Notes under the pieces: model-generated | Databases searched by the model: none | Told to the model about the DNA's origin: nothing | What the model saw: the letters and a program-made list of their open reading frames with translations, nothing else | Translations under genes and position numbers: made by a program | In this document: positions 15,863 through 29,413 of the stretch, piece by piece | How positions within the stretch are numbered: position 1 is the stretch's first letter | Layout of the letters: every line of letters begins with the position of its first letter | NCBI GenBank assembly: GCA_905373665.1 | Contig: CAJPTV010000001.1 | Coordinates: 1 to 57,706 of the forward strand | DNA length: 57,706 nt | From: Bacteroidia bacterium | GTDB lineage: Bacteria; Bacteroidota; Bacteroidia; Bacteroidales; CAJPTX01 | Reading direction: 5' to 3'

Positions 15863-18199
15863 ATGAACTATATAGAACGGATCAATCTAGGTTTCGGACG
15901 CTACGCGGCATGGGCTATACGCCAGCGCGGATGGGTACTTCTGGGCACATTGGTAGGTATTGTGGTGCTGATACTGGGGGTATCGCGCTTTCACACCGTA
16001 TCGAGTTTTGAGAGTTATTTCTTGGAAGATGACCCCATGCTCATCAAGACACGGGAGTTCAAAGATATTTTCGGGAATGACAACTATGTGGCGGTACTGG
16101 CTGAGTCAGACTCGCTCTTCGCCCCTGGGACGCTAAACCTATTACGGCAGCTGGGCAACGAGCTCAAAGACAGCCTCTCGTATGCCGACAAGCTTACCTC
16201 GCTCACCGACCTCGAATTTATGACCAACGAAGAGGGCGAGATCTGTATCACGCAGCTCGTGCCTGACGAACTACCCAGTACGCCCCTTGAGCAGGCAAAA
16301 TTACGGGCAAAGCTAGAGAGCAAACCCGAGATGGCACGACGGCTCATCTCGTCTGATGGACGCTACACGTGGCTTTTGTTAAAGCTGCGTCCTTTCCCAG
16401 AGCTGACCACCAAGGAGGGGCAAGGCGCAGAGATGCAAACGGGTGTAGAAACCGAACGCATCTTACAGAAACCCGAGTACGCCTCGCTACGGCTTCGTGC
16501 CACGGGGTTACCTTATCTCAACTATGCAAAGATGACGTGGGTGGGAAAGAGCATGAGCACTATCGAGCTCGTGGCTTTGCTCATTTCGATGTTCGTCTTG
16601 CTCGTAGTCACACGTACTTGGCGGGGCGTAATACTGCCCATCGTAATCTCGGCGCTCTCCGTAGTCCTCATGATCGGTTTCTTAGGGTATTGTGGCTACG
16701 AGACTGATTCGATGATGATGCTCGTGCCCATTTTGACGGGCTTTACGCTTCCCATCTCGTACAGTGTGCACATCTTCACCTTTTTCCGACGTACCTTCTT
16801 GCGCCACGGCGAACGAAAGCGGGCAGTGGTTGAAACCATGAGCGAGATGGGGTGGCCGATCTCCTTCTCGGCACTGACCACCATAGCGGCGCTGCTCACC
16901 TTCCTGTTCATCCCCGTCAAACCGCTCAATTTCGTGGGCATCGGGACGGCGCTGAGCTTGCTCTTTTCGTGCATTCTGATAGCGCTTCTTTTCCCCACGC
17001 TCATGAGCCTCGGTCGCAACCGTAAACCCGTGGCGGTGAGCGTCGAACGTCCTCGTGCAACCGATAGGCTTATGCAACATTGGGGGGAAGGCGTGATGCG
17101 GCGCGGCTGGCTTGTTTTGGGCATAGCCGTGTCATTAACGCTGTTCTTTGCCATTGGTAGTACGCGGAGTGAGACGGCTTTCGATGTAGAGAGCACCATG
17201 GGACGGCGCGTACCCTACGTAAAGACCCTCTTAGAGCTGGCCAATACTGAGCTCGGCTCGCTCTACTCTTACGACGTACTGGTAGAGTTCCCCAACCCCG
17301 ACGACGCGAAGACACCAGAGCATCTCCGACAGTTCGACTCGCTCGACCGTTACCTTCTTTCCCTCCCACTGAGCAAGCGCACGTCGTCCATCCTCCCCAC
17401 CCTCAAAGATTTGAACCGAACGCTCAATGACAACAACCCCGCCTACTACACCATCCCCGAGACGCAGGAGGAGGTGGCACAGCTCCTTCTCCTCTACGAA
17501 AATGCGGGCGGGAGTGAAGTAGAATATTGGATGGACTACGACTATCGTCGCCTGCGCATCTCCATGGAGATGGACTCTTACAACTCTGGGATTGCCGAGC
17601 AGCTCTTACCACAAATTGAAGCAGAGGCCAAGCACATCATCCCCGATGCGCAGACGCGTACGGTGGGGACGATGCCGCAGTTCACCACCATGATGCAGTA
17701 TGTGATACGGGGACAGATGACCTCGTTTTTCTTCTCACTGCTCATCATCATGCTCATCTTGATGGTCGTGTTCCGCAGTGTAAAGATTGCGCTGGTGGGG
17801 ATGATCCCCAACGTACTACCCGGCGTAGTGGTAGCGGGCATTATGGGCTGGTCGGGCATCCCGCTAGATATGATGACGGCGACGATCATCCCCATCGTGC
17901 TCGGTATTTCGGTAGACGACACGATTCACTTCATCAACCACGCACACCTCGAGTTTTACCGAAAGGGGCGTTACACCGAGGCTATCGCACGGAGCTTCCG
18001 CGTGACGGGCGTGGCGATGATCTTCTCTACCGTGGTCTTGTGTGCCAATTTTGGTACGTACATCATTTCAGAAGCAAATATGATTTGGCACATGGGCGTG
18101 CTTTGTATCGCAGGGTTAACGACGGCGCTCCTAGCTGATTTGACCGTTACGCCGTTGCTTTGTCGAAAATTTAAGGTATTTGGAAAGGAGGAAAAATAA
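15863..18199 (+). CDS. RND-superfamily exporter (MMPL/COG1033-type, 12 TM)
   Basis: 778 aa with two blocks of 5-6 TM helices, each preceded by a large periplasmic loop. Shows the SSD-like [26 protein letters not shown] motif. Confidence 0.75.
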   Translation: MNYIERINLGFGRYAAWAIRQRGWVLLGTLVGIVVLILGVSRFHTVSSFESYFLEDDPMLIKTREFKDIFGNDNYVAVLAESDSLFAPGTLNLLRQLGNELKDSLSYADKLTSLTDLEFMTNEEGEICITQLVPDELPSTPLEQAKLRAKLESKPEMARRLISSDGRYTWLLLKLRPFPELTTKEGQGAEMQTGVETERILQKPEYASLRLRATGLPYLNYAKMTWVGKSMSTIELVALLISMFVLLVVTRTWRGVILPIVISALSVVLMIGFLGYCGYETDSMMMLVPILTGFTLPISYSVHIFTFFRRTFLRHGERKRAVVETMSEMGWPISFSALTTIAALLTFLFIPVKPLNFVGIGTALSLLFSCILIALLFPTLMSLGRNRKPVAVSVERPRATDRLMQHWGEGVMRRGWLVLGIAVSLTLFFAIGSTRSETAFDVESTMGRRVPYVKTLLELANTELGSLYSYDVLVEFPNPDDAKTPEHLRQFDSLDRYLLSLPLSKRTSSILPTLKDLNRTLNDNNPAYYTIPETQEEVAQLLLLYENAGGSEVEYWMDYDYRRLRISMEMDSYNSGIAEQLLPQIEAEAKHIIPDAQTRTVGTMPQFTTMMQYVIRGQMTSFFFSLLIIMLILMVVFRSVKIALVGMIPNVLPGVVVAGIMGWSGIPLDMMTATIIPIVLGISVDDTIHFINHAHLEFYRKGRYTEAIARSFRVTGVAMIFSTVVLCANFGTYIISEANMIWHMGVLCIAGLTTALLADLTVTPLLCRKFKVFGKEEK

Positions 18200-18966
18200 T
18201 GAAAAAGGTATGGGGATTGGCTGCGCTCCTACTGTTAGCGCTTGCCGTATCGGCACAAGACGGGGCAGAGATTATGCGCCGTATGAAAGACCGTCCGAAT
18301 GGAGAGACACGCACGATGGAGGTAGAACTCCGGCTCGTGAATAAGCGCGGGAGTGAGCGGGTACGCAAGCTCAAGTCCTACTCCAAGGACGTGGGCGTCG
18401 ATGTCAAGAGTATTATGTTCTTTATGCACCCCGGCGATGTGAAAGGAACGGGCTTCCTAACGTGGGACTATGACAACCCCAAACAGGAGGACGACAAGTG
18501 GCTCTACCTGCCCGCGATGAAGAAGGTACGCCGCATCAGTAGCTCCTCTGCCAAGAAAGATTATTTCATGGGGACGGACTTCACCTACGACGACATGGGC
18601 TCTCGCAACGTAGAGGAGGACACGCACAAGCTCCTACGCGAAGAGATGCTCGATGGGCAGAAGTGCTGGGTCGTAGAGTCTGTGCCTGTAAACAAGGGCG
18701 AGATCTATTCGCGGAAGGTACTTTGGATACGTCAGGATGCGTTGATGCCCTTGCGCGTGGAGTATTACGACCGTCTTGACAAGTTGCACCGCCTATTGAC
18801 CGTGCAGTCTATTAAAAAGATTGGTGACTTTTGGGCATTTGAAAAGGAGACTATGGAGAACGTACAGACGGGACACAAGACCGTAATCTCCTTTTCCGAA
18901 CAGACCTTTGACACGAAGCTGGACGACGACCTATTCACCGTCAGTCGACTGGAGCGGGGTGCCTAA
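18199..18966 (+). CDS. Outer membrane lipoprotein-sorting (LolA-like) protein, partner of the RND exporter
   Basis: Signal peptide; the ...[17 protein letters not shown]...[15 protein letters not shown]...[13 protein letters not shown]... pattern of the LolA_like family. The ATG overlaps the upstream stop (TAATG at 18197-18201). Confidence 0.65.
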   Translation: MKKVWGLAALLLLALAVSAQDGAEIMRRMKDRPNGETRTMEVELRLVNKRGSERVRKLKSYSKDVGVDVKSIMFFMHPGDVKGTGFLTWDYDNPKQEDDKWLYLPAMKKVRRISSSSAKKDYFMGTDFTYDDMGSRNVEEDTHKLLREEMLDGQKCWVVESVPVNKGEIYSRKVLWIRQDALMPLRVEYYDRLDKLHRLLTVQSIKKIGDFWAFEKETMENVQTGHKTVISFSEQTFDTKLDDDLFTVSRLERGA

Positions 18967-19010
18967 AGAGACGCAGTTCATACTGGCGGCTACGGAAAGC
19001 GGCACAATGT

Positions 19011-19047
19011 ACAGGGGGGCAGCGCCACAGGGTGGATGCCCCCCTGT
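19011..19047 (+). terminator. Hairpin terminator after the RND/LolA-like pair
   Basis: acagggggg (19011-19019) pairs with cccccctgt (19039-19047), followed by tgttaatt. Confidence 0.5.
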
Positions 19048-19085
19048 TGTTAATTCCCTATCTTTGTAGGGTTGGAACAGACTCT

Positions 19086-20327
19086 ATGCTGCGAATGAAC
19101 GAATCTGAACACGCGTCTTGTTACGCTGCGCCCGGCACAGGACGCTTTGCACGCATCCGCCTCGGGGTGCTCCTGATCGGGCTTACCACCTTCGCACAAC
19201 TCTATATTTTCCAGCCCATCCTCGAGGCACTACGCGACTATTACGACATCCCCCACACTGCTGCAAGCCTTTCGGTCTCTACGGGGACCATCGGTATCGC
19301 CATCGGGCTCTTCTACTACGTTTTCTACGCCGACGGTATCTCGCGCAAGCGACTCATGGGCTATTCGATGCTCGTCGCTGCCCTACTTACCCTTCTCACC
19401 CCTCTTGCACCGAACTTTACAGTACTCCTGATTATCAATACCCTACGCGGTCTTGCCCTCTCTGGCACAACGGCTGTAACCCTCGCCTACCTAGCTGAAG
19501 AGATCAGTCCGCGCGACATTGGGTTAGCCATCTCACTCTATATCAGTGGTAATACGATAGGGGGGATGTCGGGGCGAGTCCTTGCCACGCTCCTTTCGGG
19601 GTGGTATGGTTGGCAAATCATGGCGCTCGCTATTGGGGTGGCGTGTGTAACGATGAGTCTCATTTTCTTGAAAGTACTCCCCGCCTCGCGCAACTTCCGT
19701 CCCGGGCACATAGCCCCGCGGATACGCGCCCAACGGATGCGGATTTTCCTCTCCACGCCCTATTTCCTCATGCTCTATTTCATAGGGTTTACCATCCTCG
19801 GGGTCTTTGTGAGTCTGTACAACTACACGCCTTTTCTCCTCGAAGCGCCTCCCTTTTCCTACCCGCATTATGTGGTAGCGCTCATCTTTCTGCTCTACAC
19901 GGTCGGCATCGGCGGGGCTATTAGCTTTGGCAAACTCTCTGACCGTCACCCCTCGCAGCTGCTCCTGAGCGTGTCGCTGTCGATGTATATCGTGGGCGTG
20001 GTACTACTTTTTATCCAACATATCGTGGTTTTGATAGGAGGGCTCTCGCTCATGACCTTTGCCTTTTTTGGGGCACACACGGTCGCGAGCCGCATGGTCT
20101 CTACCCATGCAGGGATTGGTAAAAGTAGCGCAACCTGCCTCTACTGGCTTATCTACTATTCGGGCTCGAGCGTCGTGGGGTATCTCACAGGCTTTGCCTT
20201 TTTCCACTATGGCTGGAACGCGCTCTTGGGGGTAGATTTGTTCCTCTTGGTGCTTGCCCTTATAGGGGCGCGTATCTTCCTCCGTCCGCGCTATGTGCCT
20301 GGGGAAGACTTCGTTTTGCCAGAATAG
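19086..20327 (+). CDS. MFS transporter
   Basis: A 12-TM profile and an MFS loop motif-like ...ADGISRKRLM.... Start moved to the ATG at 19086 because the upstream GTG at 19032 lies inside the terminator hairpin. Confidence 0.7.
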   Translation: MLRMNESEHASCYAAPGTGRFARIRLGVLLIGLTTFAQLYIFQPILEALRDYYDIPHTAASLSVSTGTIGIAIGLFYYVFYADGISRKRLMGYSMLVAALLTLLTPLAPNFTVLLIINTLRGLALSGTTAVTLAYLAEEISPRDIGLAISLYISGNTIGGMSGRVLATLLSGWYGWQIMALAIGVACVTMSLIFLKVLPASRNFRPGHIAPRIRAQRMRIFLSTPYFLMLYFIGFTILGVFVSLYNYTPFLLEAPPFSYPHYVVALIFLLYTVGIGGAISFGKLSDRHPSQLLLSVSLSMYIVGVVLLFIQHIVVLIGGLSLMTFAFFGAHTVASRMVSTHAGIGKSSATCLYWLIYYSGSSVVGYLTGFAFFHYGWNALLGVDLFLLVLALIGARIFLRPRYVPGEDFVLPE

Positions 20328-20357
20328 CGCAGTAAAGGGCTATTCCTCCCGATATCA

Positions 20358-21359
20358 CTATACGACTTCGACTTCAGGCTTCAACCGAACGCCCAATTTT
20401 TTACGCACATCCTCGGCTATACGGAGGCTAAGGTCAAGAATCTCCAGCCCCGTCGCCCCGCCGTAATTGACAAGTATAAGCGAGTGTTTAGGGTAAACGC
20501 CGACCTGCCCCTCGCGATAGCCCTTCCAGCCACAATGTTCAATAATCCACCCCGCAGGAACCTTCACCAGATCCGCTCCCTGTGGGTAAAAGGGTATATC
20601 TTCGATGTACGTCTGCCAGCGGTGCAGATTAAGGTAATCCACCATCGGGTTCTTGAAGAATGAGCCCGCACTACCTAGTTCGCTCAAAGGGGGCAATTTA
20701 GACGCGCGGACCTCCAAGACCTTATTCCTTACCAACTCTGGTGTAATATCGGCGTCAATGAGCCCTAAACGAACGAAATTAGACCTATCCTTGGGGATGT
20801 GCCGCGACAAGCGAAAAACGACCCCATAGACGATATATCTTTCATGAGAAGCCTCCTTTATATAGCTAGTGCGGTAAGAAAAGCTTAACTTCGAATTCGA
20901 CAGTTTTTGAAGAAAGACTCCCTCATGCCACCATCCCAAGCAGACCGTATCGGCTCGCACAACAATATCAGCCGCCTCCGCACCATACGCTCCGATGTTT
21001 TGCACGGGGGCTGCGCCGACCGTCCCGGGAATGCCTGAGAGGAGCTCCGCCCCCCAAAGCTCATGCTCGGTCGTCCATGCCACAAACTCGTCCCAAATAA
21101 ACCCCGCACCGACCCACACGTCGACATAATCGTCCTCAATCTTTACCACCTCTATGTCGCGGTTGGTAATGCGTAGTATATCCCCATTGAAGTCCCTTAC
21201 AAAGAGGAGGTTTGACCCCCCACCAAGGACAAAAAACTTCCTACGTGACGACTCGGCAAGCTTGCAATAATCCACAATATCCTCAACCGTGGCAAGCTCC
21301 AGCATCCGTTCTGCAAAGGCCTCTACGCCAAAGGTGTTATAGGGTTTCAACGAAATCAT
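20358..21359 (-). CDS. murB: UDP-N-acetylenolpyruvoylglucosamine reductase
   Basis: MISLKPYNTFGVEA...FVLGGGSNLLF...GAG..WDEFV...GIPGTVGAAPVQNIGAYG...SFFKNP... are classic MurB motifs. Confidence 0.9.
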   Translation of the reverse strand: MISLKPYNTFGVEAFAERMLELATVEDIVDYCKLAESSRRKFFVLGGGSNLLFVRDFNGDILRITNRDIEVVKIEDDYVDVWVGAGFIWDEFVAWTTEHELWGAELLSGIPGTVGAAPVQNIGAYGAEAADIVVRADTVCLGWWHEGVFLQKLSNSKLSFSYRTSYIKEASHERYIVYGVVFRLSRHIPKDRSNFVRLGLIDADITPELVRNKVLEVRASKLPPLSELGSAGSFFKNPMVDYLNLHRWQTYIEDIPFYPQGADLVKVPAGWIIEHCGWKGYREGQVGVYPKHSLILVNYGGATGLEILDLSLRIAEDVRKKLGVRLKPEVEVV

Positions 21360-21382
21360 AGTATCGAACCGTGTTAGCTATA

Positions 21383-21390
21383 CAAAGATA
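21383..21390 (-). promoter_or_regulatory. -7 promoter box TATCTTTG upstream of murB
   Basis: The plus strand reads caaagata, 24 nt upstream of the ATG at 21359. Confidence 0.5.
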
Positions 21391-21399
21391 ATACAGTAT

Positions 21400-21443
21400 A
21401 AAAAAAGAGCCACCAGAGAAGGGCATCCCCTCCCAGTGGCTCT
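21400..21443 (-). terminator. Rho-independent terminator of pckA
   Basis: On the minus strand the stem gagccac/gtggctc (21407-21413 with 21436-21442) is followed by a T7 run. Confidence 0.6.
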
Positions 21444-21466
21444 CTAAGAGTCTTCGGCTCGTTAGA

Positions 21467-23083
21467 CTAGAGCTGCGGACCAGCAGCTACCAGCTTCTTA
21501 CCTGCTTCGTTGTCGGTGAAGTTCTCAAAGTTCGCAATGAACTTAGCCGCCAACTCACGCGCCTGCTTTTCCCAAGCCTCGGGCGAGCTCCACGCATTGC
21601 GTGGGTTGAGCATTTTGCTGTCTACACCTGGCACTGCCTTAGGAATGCGGAGATTGAAGATCGGCAATACGTCAAACTCAATGTTATTGAGAGACCCATC
21701 AAGGATAGCATTGATAATAGCGCGTGTCGAGGGGAGGTCGATACGCTTTCCGACGCCGTACGCACCACCAATCCAACCTGTATTGACAAGGTAAGCCTTG
21801 CAGTCGTGTTGCTCCATCTTACGCACCAACTCGCGCGCATACTCGGTCGGGTGGAGGAGAAGGAAGGCCTGTCCGAAACAGCTACTAAAGGTCGGCTGTG
21901 GCTCCGTAATACCACGCTCCGTACCCGCAAGCTTTGCCGTAAAGCCACTCAGGAAGTGATACTGCATCTGTGCTGGCGTAAGCGCCGACACCGGAGGCAA
22001 TACACCGAAAGCATCCGCCGTCAAGAAGATCACATTCTTAGCGTGTCCCGCACGAGAGACAGGCTTCACGATGTTCTCTATGTGGTAGATAGGATACGAC
22101 ACGCGCGTGTTTTCCGTCTTCTTCTTCGAAGAGAAGTCTATCTTACCGTTAGCATCCACGTCGAGGTTCTCCAACAGTGCATCGCGACGAATAGCGTTGT
22201 AAATGTCGGGCTCTTTCTTCGGGTCAAGGTCAATACACTTAGCGTAGCAACCACCCTCGAAGTTGAAGACGCCGTTGTCATCCCAACCGTGCTCATCATC
22301 ACCAATCAGCGCGCGATTGGGGTCTGCCGAAAGCGTAGTCTTCCCCGTCCCCGAGAGACCAAAGAAAATAGCCACATCCCCCTGCTTACCCACGTTAGCA
22401 CTGCAGTGCATGGCAGCCATGCCGTTCAGAGGTAAGAAGTAGTTCATCACGGAGAAGATCCCCTTCTTCATTTCCCCGCCATACCACGTACCGCCGATGA
22501 CCGCCATACGCTCGGTCAGGTGAAACGCCGCATAGACTTCGCTGTTGAGCCCCTGCTCCTTCCACTTATCGTTTGAGGTCTTCGATGCCACCAGCACAAC
22601 GAAGTCTGGCTTGAAGCTCTCCAGCTGTTCTTCGGTGGGGCGGATAAACATATTCTTTACGAAGTGTGCCTGCCAAGCCACCTCACAGATAAAGCGCACA
22701 CAGATCCGCGTGTTCTCATTCGCTCCGCAGTAACAGTCTGTCACAAAGAGCTTTTTACCACTCAGCTGCTTAGCGCTAATCTTCTTGAGGTAGTCCCATG
22801 TCTCTTGGTTCATGGGTTTGTTGTCAGAGCTCTTCTTACCCGGGGTTGCCCACCACACGTGGTTTTCCGTCTCCGCATTACGAACAATATACTTGTCCTT
22901 TGGCGAACGCCCCGTAAAGACCCCCGTATCGACGTTGACTGCCCCGAGCTCGGTAAGCACCCCACGTTCGTAACCCGTAAGAGCTGGCGAAAGCTCCTGC
23001 TCATAGAGATAATCATACGACGGATTGTGAACGATCTCAACCGGGTTCTCAATCCCATAGACTGACAAATCTAAGCTCTTCAT
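21467..23083 (-). CDS. pckA: Phosphoenolpyruvate carboxykinase (ATP)
   Basis: ...TGRSPKDKY...; the kinase-1a motif [11 protein letters not shown]; ...IGDDEHGW.... Start taken at [10 protein letters not shown] (ATG 23083). Confidence 0.93.
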   Translation of the reverse strand: MKSLDLSVYGIENPVEIVHNPSYDYLYEQELSPALTGYERGVLTELGAVNVDTGVFTGRSPKDKYIVRNAETENHVWWATPGKKSSDNKPMNQETWDYLKKISAKQLSGKKLFVTDCYCGANENTRICVRFICEVAWQAHFVKNMFIRPTEEQLESFKPDFVVLVASKTSNDKWKEQGLNSEVYAAFHLTERMAVIGGTWYGGEMKKGIFSVMNYFLPLNGMAAMHCSANVGKQGDVAIFFGLSGTGKTTLSADPNRALIGDDEHGWDDNGVFNFEGGCYAKCIDLDPKKEPDIYNAIRRDALLENLDVDANGKIDFSSKKKTENTRVSYPIYHIENIVKPVSRAGHAKNVIFLTADAFGVLPPVSALTPAQMQYHFLSGFTAKLAGTERGITEPQPTFSSCFGQAFLLLHPTEYARELVRKMEQHDCKAYLVNTGWIGGAYGVGKRIDLPSTRAIINAILDGSLNNIEFDVLPIFNLRIPKAVPGVDSKMLNPRNAWSSPEAWEKQARELAAKFIANFENFTDNEAGKKLVAAGPQL

Positions 23084-23151
23084 GCCCGTCTGTTTTATTT
23101 TTAGAAAGTACGTTGTTTTGAGAATGACTTGCGCACTGCCGTACGCCCACA

Positions 23152-23159
23152 CAAAGATA
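23152..23159 (-). promoter_or_regulatory. -7 promoter box TATCTTTG upstream of pckA
   Basis: The plus strand reads caaagata, immediately after the thiC terminator T-tract and 69 nt upstream of the pckA ATG. Confidence 0.45.
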
Positions 23160-23191
23160 AAAAAAAGGTGCTGCGAACACCTCGCAACACC
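23159..23191 (-). terminator. Rho-independent terminator of thiC
   Basis: A 10-bp stem (23167-23176 with 23182-23191) whose one mismatch becomes a G-U pair only on the minus-strand transcript. It is followed by T8. Confidence 0.7.
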
Positions 23192-23201
23192 TTCAAACTT
23201 T

Positions 23202-25224
<2,023 letters not shown>

Positions 25225-25289
25225 TACACAAATATAGCCACTTTTCGGAAGTCCTATTATCGCTCGCACTCGTCAGATACCCCCGAGGC

Positions 25290-26210
25290 TCACCTTCTGA
25301 GGAACTTCAACTTCGTTTCCGAAACAATGATGGCGGCAAAGATGAGTACAAAGCCAATAGCGAGCATCGTCGTAATCTTCTCGCCGTAAAAGATCACCCC
25401 AAACAATACACAGAAAAGCGACTCCGTCCCTAAGATAATCGCCGCACTGTTCGCATCCGTATACTTCTGCCCAATGTTCTGCAAAAGCAACGCCACGGCC
25501 GTAGCTAAGATTGCGAGATAACCGACCGCCATCCACAAATCCGTCCCCCACTGTGCTAATTCGATAGCTTTGGGCTCTTGAACAAACACCGCCACCGAAG
25601 CAAATATCCCTGCAAAAAGGAACTGCAAAATCGTAATCAATATGGGGTCTTTCTCGCGACTAAAACGCTCGATCGTCACAATGTGTGCCGCGAAGAAAAT
25701 ACCACTCAACAATGCCAAAGCGTCGGGAAGTGAAAAGCCCGCATACTGATTTGCTGCCACCTCTGCAGGAGCAGCCTCTCCAAAAGAGATAAGCCCAATC
25801 CCCGAAATACAAAGCACGGCCGCCATCAGATTGTAACGGTCTGGGCGCACACGGTTTACAGCCCAAGCGAGGAAGGGCACGATAACACAATAAGCCGCAG
25901 AAAGAAAACCACTCCGCCCCGGGTCTCCAGCCGCATCCGTAACCCCCAGCGTCTGTGCCGAATGAGCTAAGAAAAGGCACAAACCTATCACCAAACCACT
26001 CACCAAATAAGAGGGATTGATTTGCTTTAAGCGTTTGAAAAAGACAATCGCCAGTACCACGCAAGCGATCAGAAAACGCATAGCGATCAGCAGATTCGGG
26101 TGAATCGTCCCCGTCGTACTCTTGGAGACTACGAGCGTACTACCCCAAATCACAGCCACCAGCAGGAGCGCAAGACGCGCCCAAAGTTTCGTATTTGCAG
26201 CAGAAGACAT
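25290..26210 (-). CDS. EamA/DMT-superfamily transporter
   Basis: 306 aa with 10 predicted TM segments in a two-EamA-repeat layout. Confidence 0.65.
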   Translation of the reverse strand: MSSAANTKLWARLALLLVAVIWGSTLVVSKSTTGTIHPNLLIAMRFLIACVVLAIVFFKRLKQINPSYLVSGLVIGLCLFLAHSAQTLGVTDAAGDPGRSGFLSAAYCVIVPFLAWAVNRVRPDRYNLMAAVLCISGIGLISFGEAAPAEVAANQYAGFSLPDALALLSGIFFAAHIVTIERFSREKDPILITILQFLFAGIFASVAVFVQEPKAIELAQWGTDLWMAVGYLAILATAVALLLQNIGQKYTDANSAAIILGTESLFCVLFGVIFYGEKITTMLAIGFVLIFAAIIVSETKLKFLRR

Positions 26211-26255
26211 TGTGCTACTATTCTTACTTGTTCAAATGTTTTTTGATTTCACGGC

Positions 26256-26263
26256 ACAAAAGT
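26256..26263 (-). promoter_or_regulatory. -7 promoter box TACTTTTG
   Basis: The plus strand reads caaaagta, 46 nt upstream of the ATG at 26210. Confidence 0.4.
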
Positions 26264-26326
26264 ACGAACAAACTACGAACCGAGCTAGTCTACCGCTCAA
26301 AGCACATACCACAACGCAGAGAGTAT

Positions 26327-26362
26327 AAAAAAAGCCACAGCGCTCGCAAGAGTGCCGTGGCT
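26327..26362 (-). terminator. Rho-independent terminator of the PLP-lyase gene
   Basis: On the minus strand agccac...gtggct, with an extended inner stem (gcgctc/gagtgc with one G-U pair), is followed by a T6-7 run. Confidence 0.6.
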
Positions 26363-26383
26363 CTATTATAGACCGTTTGGCTC

Positions 26384-27607
26384 TTATTTCGTAGAATGTG
26401 CTGCCTCAAGAGCTTGCTTCAAATCAGCAATGATATCTTCTGCATCCTCCAAGCCTACAGAAAGGCGAATCAGACCGTCGGTAATATCACTCTCCGCACG
26501 CTCCTCTGGGCTATAAGGTGAGTGTGTCATGCTCGCAGGGTGTTGGATCAGCGTTTCCGCATCGCCCAAGCTCACAGCCACCTTTGCCAACTGTACCGAG
26601 TTGATAAGCTTCTTTCCTGCCTCAATATTCCCCTTGATTTCAAAAGCGATCATCGCTCCCGGGAGCGTCATCTGCTTCTTAGCCAACTCGTATTGTGGGA
26701 AGCTCTTCAACCCCGGGTAGTAAACCGCCTTAACCTCTGGATGCCCCTCAAGGAACTCTGCAACCTTCTGTGCGTTCGCGCAGTGACGATCCAGACGGAT
26801 CGACAGGGTCTTCATCCCACGCCCAATCAAATAGGCTTCAAACGGACCGAGACACGCCCCCGTCATATCCTTTACGCCCACCAGACGCACTTGGTCGATA
26901 AACTCCTTCTTTCCTACGACGAACCCCGCAATCACATCCCCGTGTCCATTGAGATATTTCGTTGCAGAGTGAATCACCACATCCGCCCCCATCTCTATTG
27001 GGCGCTGAATATAGGGGGTACAGTACGTGTTGTCTACATAGACCTGCAGCGCAGGGTTATGCTTGTGTGCCATCGTAGCGATAGCTTCAATATCGGCCAC
27101 GTACATATTCGGGTTCGCAGGCGTCTCCAAATAAACCACCTTGGTGTTCGGACGGAGTGCCTTCTCCACCTCTTTCACATCACGCGTATCCACGAAGGTA
27201 ACCTCTACACCAAAGCGCGAAAGCCCATGCTTGAGATAAGCGAAGGTGCAGCCATAGAGGGTCTTAGCTGCGACGATATGGTCGCCCGCCGAGACGCTTA
27301 CCCACAGCGCCGAGGTTACAGCACCAATCCCCGAGGCTGTCGACATGGCCGCCTCTGCCCCTTCGAGGTCTGCAAGACGAACCTCAATCTCCGAGCTGTT
27401 CGGGTTGCCCAGACGGGTATAGATATACCCCTCTTCTTCGAGAGCAAAACGACGTCCTCCCTGCTCTGCCGAGTCAAACTCAAAGGTAGAGGTCTGATAG
27501 ATTGGGCTCGCCAATGCGCCAAACTCGTTGTGGAGATGACCACTGTGGATAGCACGGGTCGAGAACCCTTTGAACTGTGCGTGGTCACACTTTTTCTTAC
27601 ATGCCAT
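26384..27607 (-). CDS. Methionine gamma-lyase / Cys-Met-metabolism PLP-dependent enzyme
   Basis: ...IYQTSTF.F......[10 protein letters not shown]... and the PLP-lysine motif [13 protein letters not shown]. The exact specificity (methionine gamma-lyase versus O-acetylhomoserine sulfhydrylase versus cystathionine gamma-synthase) cannot be fixed by eye. Confidence 0.8.
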   Translation of the reverse strand: MACKKKCDHAQFKGFSTRAIHSGHLHNEFGALASPIYQTSTFEFDSAEQGGRRFALEEEGYIYTRLGNPNSSEIEVRLADLEGAEAAMSTASGIGAVTSALWVSVSAGDHIVAAKTLYGCTFAYLKHGLSRFGVEVTFVDTRDVKEVEKALRPNTKVVYLETPANPNMYVADIEAIATMAHKHNPALQVYVDNTYCTPYIQRPIEMGADVVIHSATKYLNGHGDVIAGFVVGKKEFIDQVRLVGVKDMTGACLGPFEAYLIGRGMKTLSIRLDRHCANAQKVAEFLEGHPEVKAVYYPGLKSFPQYELAKKQMTLPGAMIAFEIKGNIEAGKKLINSVQLAKVAVSLGDAETLIQHPASMTHSPYSPEERAESDITDGLIRLSVGLEDAEDIIADLKQALEAAHSTK

Positions 27608-27630
27608 GATTACCAATACTATAGTTTCAA

Positions 27631-27672
27631 CAAAAACTTACGAGGCTGGGATTGCTCTCCATACCTCGTAAG
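27631..27672 (-). terminator. Rho-independent terminator of the decarboxylase operon
   Basis: A 9-bp stem, cttacgagg (27637-27645) with cctcgtaag (27664-27672), reads on the minus strand as a hairpin followed by tttttgtt. Confidence 0.65.
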
Positions 27673-27704
27673 TCCAACATTCTAACGAAATATACCGCTA
27701 TGGG

Positions 27705-28904
27705 TTACTTTAAGAAACTCAGCAGTACCCCCGCTGCTACGGCACTGCCGATCACCCCGGCGACGTTGGGCGCCATGGCATGCATCAGCAGATGGTTGTT
27801 CTTGTCATACGTTAACCCGACGTTTTGCGAAATACGGGCACTATCTGGCACCGCCGACACCCCCGCATTCCCAATCAATGGGTTGATTTTATTCTCCTTC
27901 TTCAAGAAGAGGTTCATCAGTTTGACAAAACAAACCCCCGTGGAAGTTGCCAAGATGAAAGAAAAAGCCCCAATGACGAAAACGAAGACCGAACCCCAAG
28001 TCAAGAAACCGACATCCACCCCATTGACCTCCCGCACAGCCTGCGTCGAAGCCCCTACGGTGAGACCTAACAACATCGTCACGATATCGATAAGCGGTCC
28101 CTTCGCTGTATTAGCCAAACGATCCGTCACGCCACTCTCTTTCAACAAATTTCCAAAGAAGAGCATCCCCAACAACGGCAACCCAGACGGTACAAGCAAC
28201 AGCGTAAGCAGCACCCCGATAATCGGGAACAAGACCTTCTCCGTCTTACTTACGCGACGCGGGGTACGCATCCGAATCAGTCGCTCCTTCTTAGTGGTAA
28301 GAAGACGCATCACCGGAGGTTGGATCACTGGCACGAGCGCCATGTAAGAGTAAGCCGAGATGGCGATAGCCCCCATCAGGTGGGGAGCAAGTTGCGAAGA
28401 AAGGAAGATAGCCGTCGGACCGTCAGCACCGCCGATAATCCCGATAGCCCCAGCCTCGGAAGGCGAAAAGCCCGCCGCTAACGCCACCATATAAGCACCG
28501 AAAATCCCGAACTGTGCCGCAGCACCGATGAGTACGAGCTTCGGGTTTGCGATGAGGTTCGTAAAGTCCGTCATCGCCCCAATACCGAGGAAGATTAAAG
28601 GCGGATAGAAGCCCTTCACCACCCCGAAGTACAGATAGTTGAGCACTGAGCCCGACTCGTAAATCCCGATCTGATACCCCTCTTTGAACGGAATATTCCC
28701 GATGATGATACCAAAGCCAATCGGGATCAAAAGCAACGGTTCGTACTCCTTAAAGACCCCGAGGAGGATAAAGGTAACCCCCACGAGGATCATCACAAGG
28801 TGCTTGTAAGTGAACCCTGCAATGCCCGTAAAAGAGAAGAATGAGCCTAAGCCGTCAGAAAAAGAGGTAAACCACGACGAGGCATCCAAGAGTGTAGCCA
28901 CCAT
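27705..28904 (-). CDS. mmdB: Na+-translocating decarboxylase beta subunit (methylmalonyl-CoA/oxaloacetate decarboxylase)
   Basis: A 399-aa integral membrane protein with the OadB-family pattern ...PPLIFLGIGAMTDF...GIIGGADGPT...NPLIGNAGVSAVP.... Confidence 0.85.
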   Translation of the reverse strand: MVATLLDASSWFTSFSDGLGSFFSFTGIAGFTYKHLVMILVGVTFILLGVFKEYEPLLLIPIGFGIIIGNIPFKEGYQIGIYESGSVLNYLYFGVVKGFYPPLIFLGIGAMTDFTNLIANPKLVLIGAAAQFGIFGAYMVALAAGFSPSEAGAIGIIGGADGPTAIFLSSQLAPHLMGAIAISAYSYMALVPVIQPPVMRLLTTKKERLIRMRTPRRVSKTEKVLFPIIGVLLTLLLVPSGLPLLGMLFFGNLLKESGVTDRLANTAKGPLIDIVTMLLGLTVGASTQAVREVNGVDVGFLTWGSVFVFVIGAFSFILATSTGVCFVKLMNLFLKKENKINPLIGNAGVSAVPDSARISQNVGLTYDKNNHLLMHAMAPNVAGVIGSAVAAGVLLSFLK

Positions 28905-28908
28905 GGTT

Positions 28909-29364
28909 CTAATCTCCTATTACGAGTAGAATATCGCCCTCGATCACCTGCTGCCCTTGTGCACAGTTGACCGAAACGATGCGTCCTGAGCGCGGCGCTT
29001 TCAGCTCATTTTCCATCTTCATAGACTCGAGCACGACCACCAAGTCTCCCTCCTTCACCTGTTGACCTTGCGAGACAGCGACCTTGGTCACCACTCCAGG
29101 GAGGGGCGAAGGCATCGCATCCCCGCCCGCCGTATTGGCAGCCGCAGGTCTAGGCGCAGCAGCAACAGGCGCAGCAGCTGCTGCTGGAGCGGGCGTCGCT
29201 ACACGCGGACGTGCCACTGGCGTACTCTCGCCCCCTTTGCCACTTTTGCGCTTCTCGACCGTATACAGCTCTCCGTTGACCTCCACTTTAGCCGAAAAGT
29301 CAGACTCCTCGCTGATGGTCACCTCGTACGAAACTCCATTTATCACGTAATTGTACTTCTTCAT
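28909..29364 (-). CDS. Biotin carboxyl-carrier subunit of the decarboxylase
   Basis: Ala/Pro-rich linker ([19 protein letters not shown]) and the C-terminal biotinyl domain with the [10 protein letters not shown] motif. Start taken at [10 protein letters not shown]. Confidence 0.85.
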   Translation of the reverse strand: MKKYNYVINGVSYEVTISEESDFSAKVEVNGELYTVEKRKSGKGGESTPVARPRVATPAPAAAAAPVAAAPRPAAANTAGGDAMPSPLPGVVTKVAVSQGQQVKEGDLVVVLESMKMENELKAPRSGRIVSVNCAQGQQVIEGDILLVIGD

Positions 29365-29413
29365 GAGATTTAGTTCTAAGTTAGAACACACCGCTTATCG
29401 CCCACGCGCTCCA

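Noticed and set aside
19032-19085. The GTG at 19032 as the start of the MFS transporter.
   Set aside because: The GTG lies inside the stem-loop terminator of the upstream operon (19011-19047). The ATG at 19086 gives a normal MFS N-terminus.
25225-25400. An expected TPP (THI-box) riboswitch upstream of thiS-thiC.
   Set aside because: Reading the minus strand upstream of the thiS ATG, I could not find the conserved CUGAGA and ACCUGAUCUGGAUAAUGCCAGCG cores. Only 65 nt separate thiS from the preceding EamA gene, and a TATATTTG box (25229-25236) sits just 4 nt from the ATG. Absence cannot be proven by eye. An Rfam RF00059 cmsearch on 25200-25450 (minus strand) would settle it.
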